A stretch of 64,000 nucleotides of DNA, taken from the NCBI GenBank assembly GCA_050250935.1, contig JBFWNS010000004.1:32001-96000 (forward strand), in the 5' to 3' direction. The position numbers and the translations under genes are program-made. Shown here piece after piece: positions 1 through 9,225 of this stretch (positions within the stretch are counted from its first letter, which is position 1; every line of letters begins with the position of its first letter). A model generated the notes under the pieces. The model was not told the origin of the DNA, made no database searches, and saw nothing but the letters and a program-made list of their open reading frames with translations. The stretch is from Candidatus Margulisiibacteriota bacterium. Its GTDB lineage: Bacteria; Margulisbacteria; Marinamargulisbacteria; JBFWNS01.

Positions 1-1287
1 GATACCTTCGAGGTCTACCGGGCACACGGTGGCTATACAGCGGTTGAAAAAGCCTTAAAAACCCTTGCCCCAGACGACGTTATTGAACATGTCAAAACCT
101 CTGGGCTTCGGGGTCGTGGCGGGGCCAGTTTCCCCACCGGTACCAAATGGAGTTTGCTCGACAGAACCTCGGGTAAACAGCGCTTTTTGGTGTGCAATGC
201 CGACGAAAGCGAACCCGGCACCTTCAAAGATCGCTATTTAATGGAACACATCCCACATCGGTTGATTGAAGGGATGATTTTGGGCAGCTTTGCCCTGGGA
301 TCTCCCCTATCTTATATCTATGTTCGCGGCGAGTTAATGTGGTTAATCCACAAGCTCAACAAAGCCATTGAAGAAGCCAAAAACAACGGGTTTTTGGGGA
401 AAAATATTTTGGGCTCTGGATTTGATTTAGAGCTTTATGTCCACCCCGGTGCAGGCGCCTATATTTGCGGCGAAGAAACCGCCCTTTTGGAATCCTTGGA
501 AGGCAAACGCGGCAACCCCCGCATGAAGCCACCTTTTTCGGCTACAGTAGGTCTTTATGGATTGCCCACTGTGGTCAACAACGTCGAAACCATTGCCGCA
601 TTACCCTGGATCGTCACCAACGGCGGTGATGAATACGCCAAGATTGGCATCGGCAGAAGCACAGGTACCAAGCTGATGTCGGCTTGTGGTCACATTAACA
701 AACCCGGTGTTTACGAAATCGAAATGGGCCTTCCTGTCGAAGAATTTATTTTTTCGGACGACTATTGCGGCGGGATAAAAGGGGGTAAAAAATTTAAAGC
801 CCTGGTTCCTGGCGGCTCTTCAGCCCCCATCTTGCCCGCCCATTTGGCCCTTAAAACAGCCAAAGGCGACCCCCGTCTCTTAACCTACGAATCCATGATG
901 GACGGCTGGTTCGAAACCGCCTCCATGATGGGATCTGGCGGCTTTATTGTGATGGACGAAACCACCTGTATTGTCCGCAACACTTGGAATTTTTCACGGT
1001 TTTATCACCACGAATCTTGTGGTCAATGCAGCCCTTGCCGAGAAGGCACTGGCTGGTTGGAAAAGGTCTTACACCGCATCGAACACGGCCATGGAAAACC
1101 CAGCGATTTGGACTTGTTGTTGGATGTGGCCAAAAAAATTGAAGGCAAAACCATCTGTTCGTTTGGGGAAGCCGCGGCTTGGCCGGTTGCCAGCGCTGTT
1201 CGGCATTTCCGAGACGAATTCGAGCATCACATCCAACATCCTCAAAAAGCCATGCAAACCAGCCAATTGGAAACGAGTATAAAATGA
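1..1287 (+). CDS. nuoF: NADH-quinone oxidoreductase subunit F (5' truncated by window)
   Basis: Frame open from base 1. Motifs GLRGRGGA, NADESEPGTFKDR, GAGAYICGEETALLESLEG and ESCGQCSPCREG. Confidence 0.97.
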   Translation, partial: DTFEVYRAHGGYTAVEKALKTLAPDDVIEHVKTSGLRGRGGASFPTGTKWSLLDRTSGKQRFLVCNADESEPGTFKDRYLMEHIPHRLIEGMILGSFALGSPLSYIYVRGELMWLIHKLNKAIEEAKNNGFLGKNILGSGFDLELYVHPGAGAYICGEETALLESLEGKRGNPRMKPPFSATVGLYGLPTVVNNVETIAALPWIVTNGGDEYAKIGIGRSTGTKLMSACGHINKPGVYEIEMGLPVEEFIFSDDYCGGIKGGKKFKALVPGGSSAPILPAHLALKTAKGDPRLLTYESMMDGWFETASMMGSGGFIVMDETTCIVRNTWNFSRFYHHESCGQCSPCREGTGWLEKVLHRIEHGHGKPSDLDLLLDVAKKIEGKTICSFGEAAAWPVASAVRHFRDEFEHHIQHPQKAMQTSQLETSIK

Positions 1288-2261
1288 GCGAACTTGAGCC
1301 TGTAACCAAAACTGTCAAACTCACCATCGACAACACTGTGGTCGAAGTTCCAGAAGGCACCAGTGTTCTGGAAGCCGCCCGTAAAATTGGCGCCGACACG
1401 GCCCCACCGGCCATGTGCTACTACTCCAAACTGGAAGGGTCTGGGGGAAAATGCAGAACCTGTCTGGTTCGCATTGCCCAAACCTCGACCAAAGAACCCC
1501 GTCCCCAAAACAAACTAGCTCCTTCCTGCAGAACCTTGGTTCAAGAGGGCATGGTGGTCGAGAATAATTCTTCGGCCGAAGTTCTAGAAGCCCGAAAAGG
1601 CGTGGTGGAACTCTTGCTAATCAACCATCCTTTGGACTGCCCCATCTGCGACCAAGCTGGGGAATGCGACCTGCAAAACCTGGCCTTCGAACACGGCGCA
1701 GAAACCACAAACTACGAAGAAGACCGACGCCGCTACCCCGTCAAAGACATCGGCGACCTCATCAAACTCCACATGAACCGCTGCATTTTGTGTTATCGCT
1801 GTGTGTATGTGGCCGATCAGCTAACGGACCAGCGTCATCATGGCGTGTTGTGGCGCGGGGATGCAGCCGAAATTGGCACCTATATTCAAACCGCCATCAC
1901 CAACGATTTTTCCGGCAACATGATCGACGTGTGCCCCGTGGGCGCCCTAACCGATAAAACCTTCAGATTCAAAAGCAGGGTTTGGTTTACCCGACCTCTC
2001 AATGCCCACCGCAATTGTCCAACCTGCTGCGGCAAAACTGTGGTCTGGCTCAAAGGCAACGAGGTCCTTCGCGTAACAGCCCGCAAAACACTGGTTGGCG
2101 AAGTTGTGGATTTTATTTGCAACACCTGCCGCTTCGAGAAAAAACACAAAGACGATTGGGTTTTGGAAGGACCTACACACATTGCCAGAACCTCTGTCAT
2201 TTCCCAAAATCACTACGAAACGGTGGTTAGACCTCAGCCTCAACTAAAGGGTCCACAATGA
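1284..2261 (+). CDS. nuoG: NADH-quinone oxidoreductase subunit G, short form (Fe-S region only)
   Basis: ATG overlaps the nuoF stop (ATGA). Motifs GKCRTCLV, HPLDCPICDQAGECDLQ, RCILCYRC and DVCPVGAL. Confidence 0.93.
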   Translation: MSELEPVTKTVKLTIDNTVVEVPEGTSVLEAARKIGADTAPPAMCYYSKLEGSGGKCRTCLVRIAQTSTKEPRPQNKLAPSCRTLVQEGMVVENNSSAEVLEARKGVVELLLINHPLDCPICDQAGECDLQNLAFEHGAETTNYEEDRRRYPVKDIGDLIKLHMNRCILCYRCVYVADQLTDQRHHGVLWRGDAAEIGTYIQTAITNDFSGNMIDVCPVGALTDKTFRFKSRVWFTRPLNAHRNCPTCCGKTVVWLKGNEVLRVTARKTLVGEVVDFICNTCRFEKKHKDDWVLEGPTHIARTSVISQNHYETVVRPQPQLKGPQ

Positions 2262-3280
2262 TTTTTTTCATCACCCAAAAACTCATTCTGGTTCTCATTA
2301 TTTTTACCATCACCCTCGTGATTGCCATGTATGCAACACTGGCCGAGCGCAAATTCGCCGCCTTTTTCCAAGACCGTTTGGGCCCAGACCGCGCAGGTCC
2401 CTTTGGGTTGCTTCAGCCACTGGCCGATGGTATTAAGTTCTTTTTTAAAGAAGAATTTATACCCAGCCAAGCCGATAAATTACTCTTTATTTTAGGCCCT
2501 TGTATTGCCATGATTTGTGCGTTGATGGCCGGCGCCGTGATTCCCTGGGGCGACACCTTAACCTTATTTGGGCATTCCTTTAATCTGCAACTCTCTGACC
2601 TTCCTGTGGGCATTTTGTACGTGTTTGCTGTGGTGTCGATTGGGGTGTATGGCATCATGATTGGGGGTTGGGCCTCCAACAACAAATACGCCCTCTTAAG
2701 CACCTTGCGTGCCTCCTCGCAAATGATCAGCTACGAATTGGCCATGGGCATTGCCCTGTTGGCCCTGATTATGACCACCGGAACCCTAAGCCTTCGCGAG
2801 ATTGTCTTGGCCCAACATGGGTTTCACTGGAACATCCTCATCCAGCCTCTGGGTTTTCTGATTTTCATCATTTGCTCTTTGGCCGAAACCAACCGCACCC
2901 CCTTCGATTTACCCGAATGCGAAACCGAACTCATTGGGGGCTATCACACCGAATACAGCAGTATGAAATTGGGTTTTTATTTGTTTGCAGAATACATCAA
3001 CATGTTTACCGCTTCGGCTGTAATGGCCACCCTGTATTTTGGGGGCTTTAACTTTCCAGGGCTTCACCATTTACCCCTGGCCAGCAATTGGATTACCTTG
3101 CTGGGTGTCTTGGTCTTTTTTGCCAAAATTTTTGGATTTATGTTTCTGTTTATCTGGATTCGTTGGACTTTACCCCGATTTCGCTACGACCAACTCATGA
3201 AACTGGGATGGAAAATTCTACTCCCATTAAGTATCATCAACCTATTCGCCACCGGCATTGTTATGCTGCTTAAAGGATAA
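2258..3280 (+). CDS. nuoH: NADH-quinone oxidoreductase subunit H
   Basis: ERKFAAFFQDRLGP, QPLADGIK, AETNRTPFDLPE and TLPRFRYDQLM motifs. Confidence 0.97.
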   Translation: MIFFITQKLILVLIIFTITLVIAMYATLAERKFAAFFQDRLGPDRAGPFGLLQPLADGIKFFFKEEFIPSQADKLLFILGPCIAMICALMAGAVIPWGDTLTLFGHSFNLQLSDLPVGILYVFAVVSIGVYGIMIGGWASNNKYALLSTLRASSQMISYELAMGIALLALIMTTGTLSLREIVLAQHGFHWNILIQPLGFLIFIICSLAETNRTPFDLPECETELIGGYHTEYSSMKLGFYLFAEYINMFTASAVMATLYFGGFNFPGLHHLPLASNWITLLGVLVFFAKIFGFMFLFIWIRWTLPRFRYDQLMKLGWKILLPLSIINLFATGIVMLLKG

Positions 3281-3282
3281 TC

Positions 3283-3825
3283 ATGCAACCCCTTAGTAAA
3301 CGCTCCAAAGTCGTTGTTCAAAAAGAGCTAACTTTTGCCGAAAAGCTCTATTTGCCCGCCATTTTGCAAGGTTTGGCCATTACGTTTAAGCACTTTTTCA
3401 AACGAAAAGTAACCGTCCGATATCCCGAAGAAAAACGATCCTTCAGCCCAGTTTATCGGGGGCTTCACGTACTCAAACGCGACGAAAACGGTGCTGAACG
3501 CTGCACCGCCTGCGGGCTTTGTGCCGTGGCCTGCCCCGCCGAGGCCATCACCATGATTGCCGAAGAACGCAAACCCGGCGAAGAAGCCTTGTATCGCGAA
3601 GAAAAATACGCCTCGACCTATAATATCAACATGTTGCGCTGTATTTTTTGCGGGCTTTGCGAAGAAGCCTGCCCCAAAGAAGCCATTTTCTTGACCGACC
3701 GCATTGTGCCTTCCAACTTCACCCGAGATACCTTTGTTTATGGCAAAGACAAGTTGGTCGAAGGCATCGACAACCGAATCGATATTTCAAAACGCCAACA
3801 GCAGCCCAAGGATCCCCTCTCATGA
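3283..3825 (+). CDS. nuoI: NADH-quinone oxidoreductase subunit I
   Basis: Two CxxCxxCxxxCP ferredoxin motifs; operon position. Confidence 0.97.
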   Translation: MQPLSKRSKVVVQKELTFAEKLYLPAILQGLAITFKHFFKRKVTVRYPEEKRSFSPVYRGLHVLKRDENGAERCTACGLCAVACPAEAITMIAEERKPGEEALYREEKYASTYNINMLRCIFCGLCEEACPKEAIFLTDRIVPSNFTRDTFVYGKDKLVEGIDNRIDISKRQQQPKDPLS

Positions 3826-4322
3826 ACCTGATTCACCTCGTTTTTTGGGGACTCTCTGCCCTGGCCATCGTGGCCGCCATGGGGGTTGTGTTTACCAAAA
3901 ACCCCGTGTACAGCATTTTAAGTTTGATAGCCTGCTTTTTTGCCATTGCCGGGCACTATGTATTGCTAAGCGCCTCTTTTTTGGCCGTGGTTCACATCAT
4001 TGTCTATGCCGGTGCCATTATGGTGTTGTTTTTGTTTGTTCTAATGCTCTTAAACCTGAATGCAGAAACCGAAGCTCAAAAGCCCTTTTTTAAGCAGTTA
4101 ATTGCTGTGCTTTCTGCGGGCATGTTGTTACTGTCTTTGGTCGCTGTTACCAAAAAAGCCACCCTACACACCCTACCAACACTTCAAAAAACAGGCTCGG
4201 CAGAAGCCTTGGGAAAACTGCTGTTTTCCACCTACTTGATTCCCTTTGAACTGACTTCAGTCTTGTTTCTAGCCGCCTTGGTTGGGGTGGTGATGATTGG
4301 CAAACAAGGAGATTCCAAATGA
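3822..4322 (+). CDS. nuoJ: NADH-quinone oxidoreductase subunit J
   Basis: NPVYS, IVYAGAIMVLFLFV and PFELTS motifs. ATG overlaps the nuoI stop. Confidence 0.95.
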   Translation: MNLIHLVFWGLSALAIVAAMGVVFTKNPVYSILSLIACFFAIAGHYVLLSASFLAVVHIIVYAGAIMVLFLFVLMLLNLNAETEAQKPFFKQLIAVLSAGMLLLSLVAVTKKATLHTLPTLQKTGSAEALGKLLFSTYLIPFELTSVLFLAALVGVVMIGKQGDSK

Positions 4323-4636
4323 CGGTTTTATCCGCAATTCCCTGCAATTGGTACGTTGCACTAAGCCTGATTTTATTCTTTTTTGGCCTTTGCGGCCTGG
4401 CCCTGCGCCGCAACACCATCTGCATGTTGATGTCCGTGGAGTTGATGTTTAACGCCGTAAACCTGCTTTTGGTAACCTTTTCGGCCTATTTTGGCGATTT
4501 GTCGGCCCAGATTTTTGTGTTTTTTATCATGATTGTGGCCGCTGCCGAGGTATCGGTGGGATTGGCCATCATCACCTTGGTGTATCGCACCACGCACACC
4601 GTCGATAGCGAAGGATTGCAACAGCTCAAATGGTAA
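4319..4636 (+). CDS. nuoK: NADH-quinone oxidoreductase subunit K
   Basis: RRN..MSVELMFNA and VAAAEVSVGLA motifs. Confidence 0.96.
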   Translation: MTVLSAIPCNWYVALSLILFFFGLCGLALRRNTICMLMSVELMFNAVNLLLVTFSAYFGDLSAQIFVFFIMIVAAAEVSVGLAIITLVYRTTHTVDSEGLQQLKW

Positions 4637-6483
4637 ATCAACTGCTTTTTGTCTTTATTTTACTCCTGCCCTTGCTGGGCTTTTTAAGCATTACAGGACT
4701 CAACCACCGCCTTTCTAAACCCTTAGCCGGATGGCTGGCTTTTGGGGCCGTTTTTTTGTCTTTTATGTTGAACCTTCATGTGTTTTGGTACGGGCTTTTC
4801 CCCCACAATCTGGTCACCTTCACCTGGATTGCTGTCCCTCGATTTTCGCTTTCTCTGTCTTTTTTGTGGGATTCTTTATCGTTATGGATGAGCTTAATCA
4901 TCACCGGAATTGGGGCTTTGATTCATTTGTTTTCCATTGGATACATGGAAAAAGATCCTCGGTTTAACCGATTTTTTGCCTATTTGAACCTCTTTGTGTT
5001 TTTTATGTTGATCTTGGTTCTATCCGACAATTATTTGGGTACTTTTATTGGCTGGGAAGGGGTTGGATTGTGTTCGTTTTTGCTGATTGGCTTTTGGCAC
5101 CAAGACCTGGCCAACAGTACGGCCGCAAAAAAAGCCTTCATCATCAACCGCATTGGCGACTTGGGCTTCTTACTGGGAATTTTGCTGTTGCTCTGCACCT
5201 TTGGAACCCTGCAATTTGCCAGCATTTTAACGGTTCCTAGCCTAGCTTCTGCCTCTCCGATTTTGATTTCCACCATTGCCGTTTTGCTGCTGATTGGCGC
5301 CATTGGCAAAAGTGCCCAATTACCCCTTTCAACCTGGCTTCCCGATGCCATGGCCGGCCCCACGCCGGTTTCGGCCCTCATCCATGCGGCCACCATGGTA
5401 ACCGCCGGGGTCTACCTGATTGCCAGATCTTCCCTGCTGTTTTTGGCCGCCCCAGCCGTGATGAAAGTCATGCTCTGGATCGGGCTTGCAACCTCCCTTT
5501 ATGGCGGATTGGTCGCCACCCAACAACGGGACATCAAAAAAATCTTGGCCTATTCCACCGTCAGCCAATTGGGATTCATGGTCTCGGCCTTGGGATTGGG
5601 GGCCTTTTCTGCAGCCCTGTTCCATCTGACCACCCATGCCTTTTTTAAGGCTTTGTTATTTTTGGGCGCAGGATCCGTCATCCACGCCATGCACGAGGAA
5701 CAAGATGTGGCCAAAATGGGGGGATTACGCAAAAAAATCCCAGTAACCTTTGCCCTGTTTGTGATTGCAACACTGGCCATTGTGGGATTCCCGCCCCTCT
5801 CGGGCTTCTTTTCCAAAGACGCCATTTTGTTGGCAGGTCTGTCGCAGTCCAGCACGGTCTTTTTGGTCTACATCACCATTACAATTTTAACGGCCTTTTA
5901 TTCGTTTCGATTGCTGTATTTGGTGTTTTTTGGTCCTGCACGGTCGCAAAAAGCCGAACACGCCCACGAATCGGGCTGGTCCATGCTGCTCCCCATGGGG
6001 GTATTGGGCCTGCTGTCTGCGCTAGGCGGCTTGCTGGATCGACATGAGTTTATTCATCACTTTTTGAGCCCCAGCATCGTTGTATCCGAAATCGCAGTAT
6101 CCGTTACCACCGAACGGGTGGTTGGCCTTGCCACGCTGGCAATCTTGATTGGTATTGCCGTGGCCACCTACCGTTGGTACGCCAAAGTAACCACTTTAAT
6201 CGATCCCAATGCCTTGGGTGGTATTAATCAGTTTTTATACAACAAAGGGTATTTGGACGAAGTCTATACCTTGGCCATCACCCGCCCCTATGGCCTCTTA
6301 TCCGCAAGCTTTAACAGTTTGATTGAACGACGTTTGGCCGATCAACTATTAAGTAGCATTCACCGCTATATTGGCGCCCTCGCTCACCGCCTGAAAGCCT
6401 TTCAATCTGGCGTGGTTGGCGACTATGTGTTGGTGATGATTATTGGGCTTATCTTTATTTTAATAGGATTGGTACTACGATGA
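4630..6483 (+). CDS. nuoL: NADH-quinone oxidoreductase subunit L
   Basis: GWEGVGLCSFLLIGFW, NRIGD, KSAQLPLSTWLPDAMAGPTPVSALIHAATMV. Confidence 0.97.
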   Translation: MVNQLLFVFILLLPLLGFLSITGLNHRLSKPLAGWLAFGAVFLSFMLNLHVFWYGLFPHNLVTFTWIAVPRFSLSLSFLWDSLSLWMSLIITGIGALIHLFSIGYMEKDPRFNRFFAYLNLFVFFMLILVLSDNYLGTFIGWEGVGLCSFLLIGFWHQDLANSTAAKKAFIINRIGDLGFLLGILLLLCTFGTLQFASILTVPSLASASPILISTIAVLLLIGAIGKSAQLPLSTWLPDAMAGPTPVSALIHAATMVTAGVYLIARSSLLFLAAPAVMKVMLWIGLATSLYGGLVATQQRDIKKILAYSTVSQLGFMVSALGLGAFSAALFHLTTHAFFKALLFLGAGSVIHAMHEEQDVAKMGGLRKKIPVTFALFVIATLAIVGFPPLSGFFSKDAILLAGLSQSSTVFLVYITITILTAFYSFRLLYLVFFGPARSQKAEHAHESGWSMLLPMGVLGLLSALGGLLDRHEFIHHFLSPSIVVSEIAVSVTTERVVGLATLAILIGIAVATYRWYAKVTTLIDPNALGGINQFLYNKGYLDEVYTLAITRPYGLLSASFNSLIERRLADQLLSSIHRYIGALAHRLKAFQSGVVGDYVLVMIIGLIFILIGLVLR

Positions 6484-7850
6484 TGGCTCTCTTAACCCTG
6501 ACCCTCCCCTTTTTAGGCGCACTCGTTTGTGCCCTTCTTCCCCCAGCCTGGAGCCGATGGTTGGCCCTGGTAGCCAGTGTGGGAACAGCCTTGTGCCTTA
6601 AACTGATGCTGAAACACCCAGAAGCCATCCCCCACAGCCTGGGTCACGATCCGTTAACCACGACCTTGCTCATCATCACCGCGTTGTTTATTCCCTTTAT
6701 TATTGTGGGCACTTGGTCCAAAGCCTATTCCAAAGGCGTCTATGCCTCGCTTCTGGCAACCGAAGGGGCTCTGATTGGACTTTTTTGTGCGCAAAACGCC
6801 TTAATTTTCTATACTTTTTGGGAATTGGCCCTCTTGCCTTCCATCTACATGACCTACACAGCCAGCACCTCCGACAAGGTAAAAAGCATCACCTGGCGTT
6901 TCTTGTTGTATTCGTTGGCAGGGGGATTGGCCATGTTAACGGGTTTTTTATACCTCGGTGCCGCCCACGACACCTTCAACATTGCTGCACTGTGTTCCTT
7001 AAGCCTGCCTTTGGCAACCTCGAAATGGATTTTTGTGGCTTTGTTTGCAGCCTTTGCCGTCAAAACCCCTTTAATTCCCTTCCATGGTTGGCAACCCGAT
7101 ACCTACGAAGCCTCGCCCTATCCCGCAACCTTGGTTCTGGCCGTGTTGTTGTCCAAAATGGGCATCTATGGGCTTTTGCGATTTTATCCGCTGTTGCATC
7201 CTGTTATTGTGGCCTGGCATCCCTATTTGTTGGCCTTGGGAACCTTGGGTTGTTTGTATGCCGCCTTCTTGGCCTTTACCCAAACCTCGCTGAAACGGTT
7301 TATTGCCTATTCCTCCATTTCTCACCTCAGCATGATTGTGTTGGGAATCTTTTCGACCACATCCGATGGGATTTATGGTGCCACCTTCCAAGTCGTGTCG
7401 CATTGTGTGACCACCTTTGGGTTGTTTTTGGCCGCCTTTATTCTAAGCCACAGACGGGGCTCAGAAGACCTCGCCGATTTCGGTGGGGTTGCCAGCCAAG
7501 CGCCCTTGTTTGCTGGCCTGTTTTTGGTGGTGGTGATGGCCAGTGTGGCCCTGCCCTTTACCAGTGGGTTTATCGGTGAATTTTTGATTTTAAAAGGCCT
7601 TTTCCATATGAATCCCTTTATTGCATCTGCAGCTGGACTGACCTTGATTCTGGGCGCAGCCTACATGCTTAAACTGAATCAAAGTTTGTTTTATGGCAAA
7701 AACGACAGCAACACCCTGTATGCTTTGCTTCCACAAGAACGATTGTTATTAAGTCTTACAGCCGTAGCGGCTGTGGTATTGGGACTGTATCCAACCCCAC
7801 TCTTGAACTTCCTTGGGCACTTTATTTCTACCCTGGGAGGACTTCAATGA
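6480..7850 (+). CDS. nuoM: NADH-quinone oxidoreductase subunit M
   Basis: FYTFWE, FAVKTPLIPFHGW, KRFIAYSSISH and LPFTSGFIGEF motifs. Confidence 0.94.
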   Translation: MMALLTLTLPFLGALVCALLPPAWSRWLALVASVGTALCLKLMLKHPEAIPHSLGHDPLTTTLLIITALFIPFIIVGTWSKAYSKGVYASLLATEGALIGLFCAQNALIFYTFWELALLPSIYMTYTASTSDKVKSITWRFLLYSLAGGLAMLTGFLYLGAAHDTFNIAALCSLSLPLATSKWIFVALFAAFAVKTPLIPFHGWQPDTYEASPYPATLVLAVLLSKMGIYGLLRFYPLLHPVIVAWHPYLLALGTLGCLYAAFLAFTQTSLKRFIAYSSISHLSMIVLGIFSTTSDGIYGATFQVVSHCVTTFGLFLAAFILSHRRGSEDLADFGGVASQAPLFAGLFLVVVMASVALPFTSGFIGEFLILKGLFHMNPFIASAAGLTLILGAAYMLKLNQSLFYGKNDSNTLYALLPQERLLLSLTAVAAVVLGLYPTPLLNFLGHFISTLGGLQ

Positions 7851-9073
7851 TTAGCCTATTACTCTTAACCGGCTCCGGTATTCTGGCCATGTTGGGCACT
7901 TTTTTACCCTATCGAAAAACCCTGATAACCCTGATTGTTTTGGGCTATCTGACGGCATTCGCAGCACTGTGGTGCCCGATACCCAGCATCACCTTGTTTT
8001 CGCTTCAGGAAACAGCCCTGCCCATTTCGGCAACCCTTTTGGCGATCGCTGGCATTTTGTTGTTGCTGTTGCGTCCAGCTAAACAAGGCCTGCTTTCCAA
8101 CCCCTTCAACCACGTGGCCATCCTGCTGTTTTCTTTGGTTGGTGCCTTGTTGATGGTGGGTTTTGAACATATGGTATTGCTCTTTTTGGGCTTGGAAATT
8201 CTCTCGCTTCCCCTCTATGTTATGGCCGCAAGCCAAGCCAATTCCCCCGCTTCCAAAGAAGCGGCACTCAAGTATTTTATTCTGGGCGCCTTTGCCAGCA
8301 GTCTGTTGCTGTTGGGCATTACCTTTGGCTATGGGGCCACTCACAGCTTTGTTCTGTACGACCTGTTGACCGCTGCCCCAACCCTGTATTCCCAACTAGG
8401 GTTTTTGTTTTTGCTGGCCGGTTTGGGCTTTAAATTGGGAATTGTTCCTTTCCACAGCTGGGTACCCGATGTGTACGAGGGTAGCCCCACCCTCTATACC
8501 GGCTACATGGCCACGGTTGTAAAGCTCGCCGCTGGCTATGCTTTTATTCGCATTTTTGGATTCCCAGGGGTTCTGAGCCATCAATCCAACCTCTTTGCCG
8601 CACTGGCCGTTATTGGGATGACGGTAGGTAACCTGATGGCCCTCAAACAACACAATCCCAAGCGCATCTTGGCCTATTCCAGCATTGCCCAAATGGGCTA
8701 TCTTTTGTTGGCCTTTGTGGGCACACAGCCGTCTCCGCCATCTGCACTGATCTATCTTGGGGCCTATGCGTTGGCCTCTTTGGGGACGTTTGCGGTGTTG
8801 ACCCTTATCGAAACCAAACAGGTGCCACTGGGTGGGCTCATTAAAAAGCACCCGATTTTGGCCTGGATTTGGATCCTTAGCCTTTTGTCTTTGGCTGGCA
8901 TTCCGCCCCTACCTGGCTTTCTGGCGAAAATCACCTTGTTCTTTCATGTCTTTACCCAAGGCCACCCCGTGTTGGTGATCGTGGCCGTGGTCAATTCGCT
9001 GATCAGTTTGGGGTATTACGGACAATTGGCGTTTACGGCCCTTAGCAGCCCGCAGGAAGCTTCGGCGGAATAA
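7847..9073 (+). CDS. nuoN: NADH-quinone oxidoreductase subunit N
   Basis: EAALKYFILG, FKLGIVPFHSWVPDVYEG, KRILAYSSIA and SLAGIPP motifs. Confidence 0.94.
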   Translation: MISLLLLTGSGILAMLGTFLPYRKTLITLIVLGYLTAFAALWCPIPSITLFSLQETALPISATLLAIAGILLLLLRPAKQGLLSNPFNHVAILLFSLVGALLMVGFEHMVLLFLGLEILSLPLYVMAASQANSPASKEAALKYFILGAFASSLLLLGITFGYGATHSFVLYDLLTAAPTLYSQLGFLFLLAGLGFKLGIVPFHSWVPDVYEGSPTLYTGYMATVVKLAAGYAFIRIFGFPGVLSHQSNLFAALAVIGMTVGNLMALKQHNPKRILAYSSIAQMGYLLLAFVGTQPSPPSALIYLGAYALASLGTFAVLTLIETKQVPLGGLIKKHPILAWIWILSLLSLAGIPPLPGFLAKITLFFHVFTQGHPVLVIVAVVNSLISLGYYGQLAFTALSSPQEASAE

Positions 9074-9197
9074 AAACAAACTTGCCATCTTCCCCCCGCC
9101 TCACACAGCAATTTTTAAAATCGTTGGGCGTAAAGCCAGGGGCAGGTACAACCTGTATCAAACTCAACGGTAAAGCAACACATTTATACATCAACAT
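9042..9197 (-). CDS. Putative 51-aa small Cys-containing protein (not in ORF track)
   Basis: AGGAGG precedes the ATG. Reads MLMYKCVALPLSLIQVVPAPGFTPNDFKNCCVRRGEDGKFVFIPPKLPAGC*; follows pepF on the same strand. Confidence 0.4.
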   Translation of the reverse strand: MLMYKCVALPLSLIQVVPAPGFTPNDFKNCCVRRGEDGKFVFIPPKLPAGC

Positions 9198-9225
9198 ACG
9201 GACCTCCTAAAAAGAAAGTCCCCCT

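Noticed and set aside
6713..7579. 288-aa alternative-frame ORF
   Set aside because: Lies inside nuoM and has no protein-like features.
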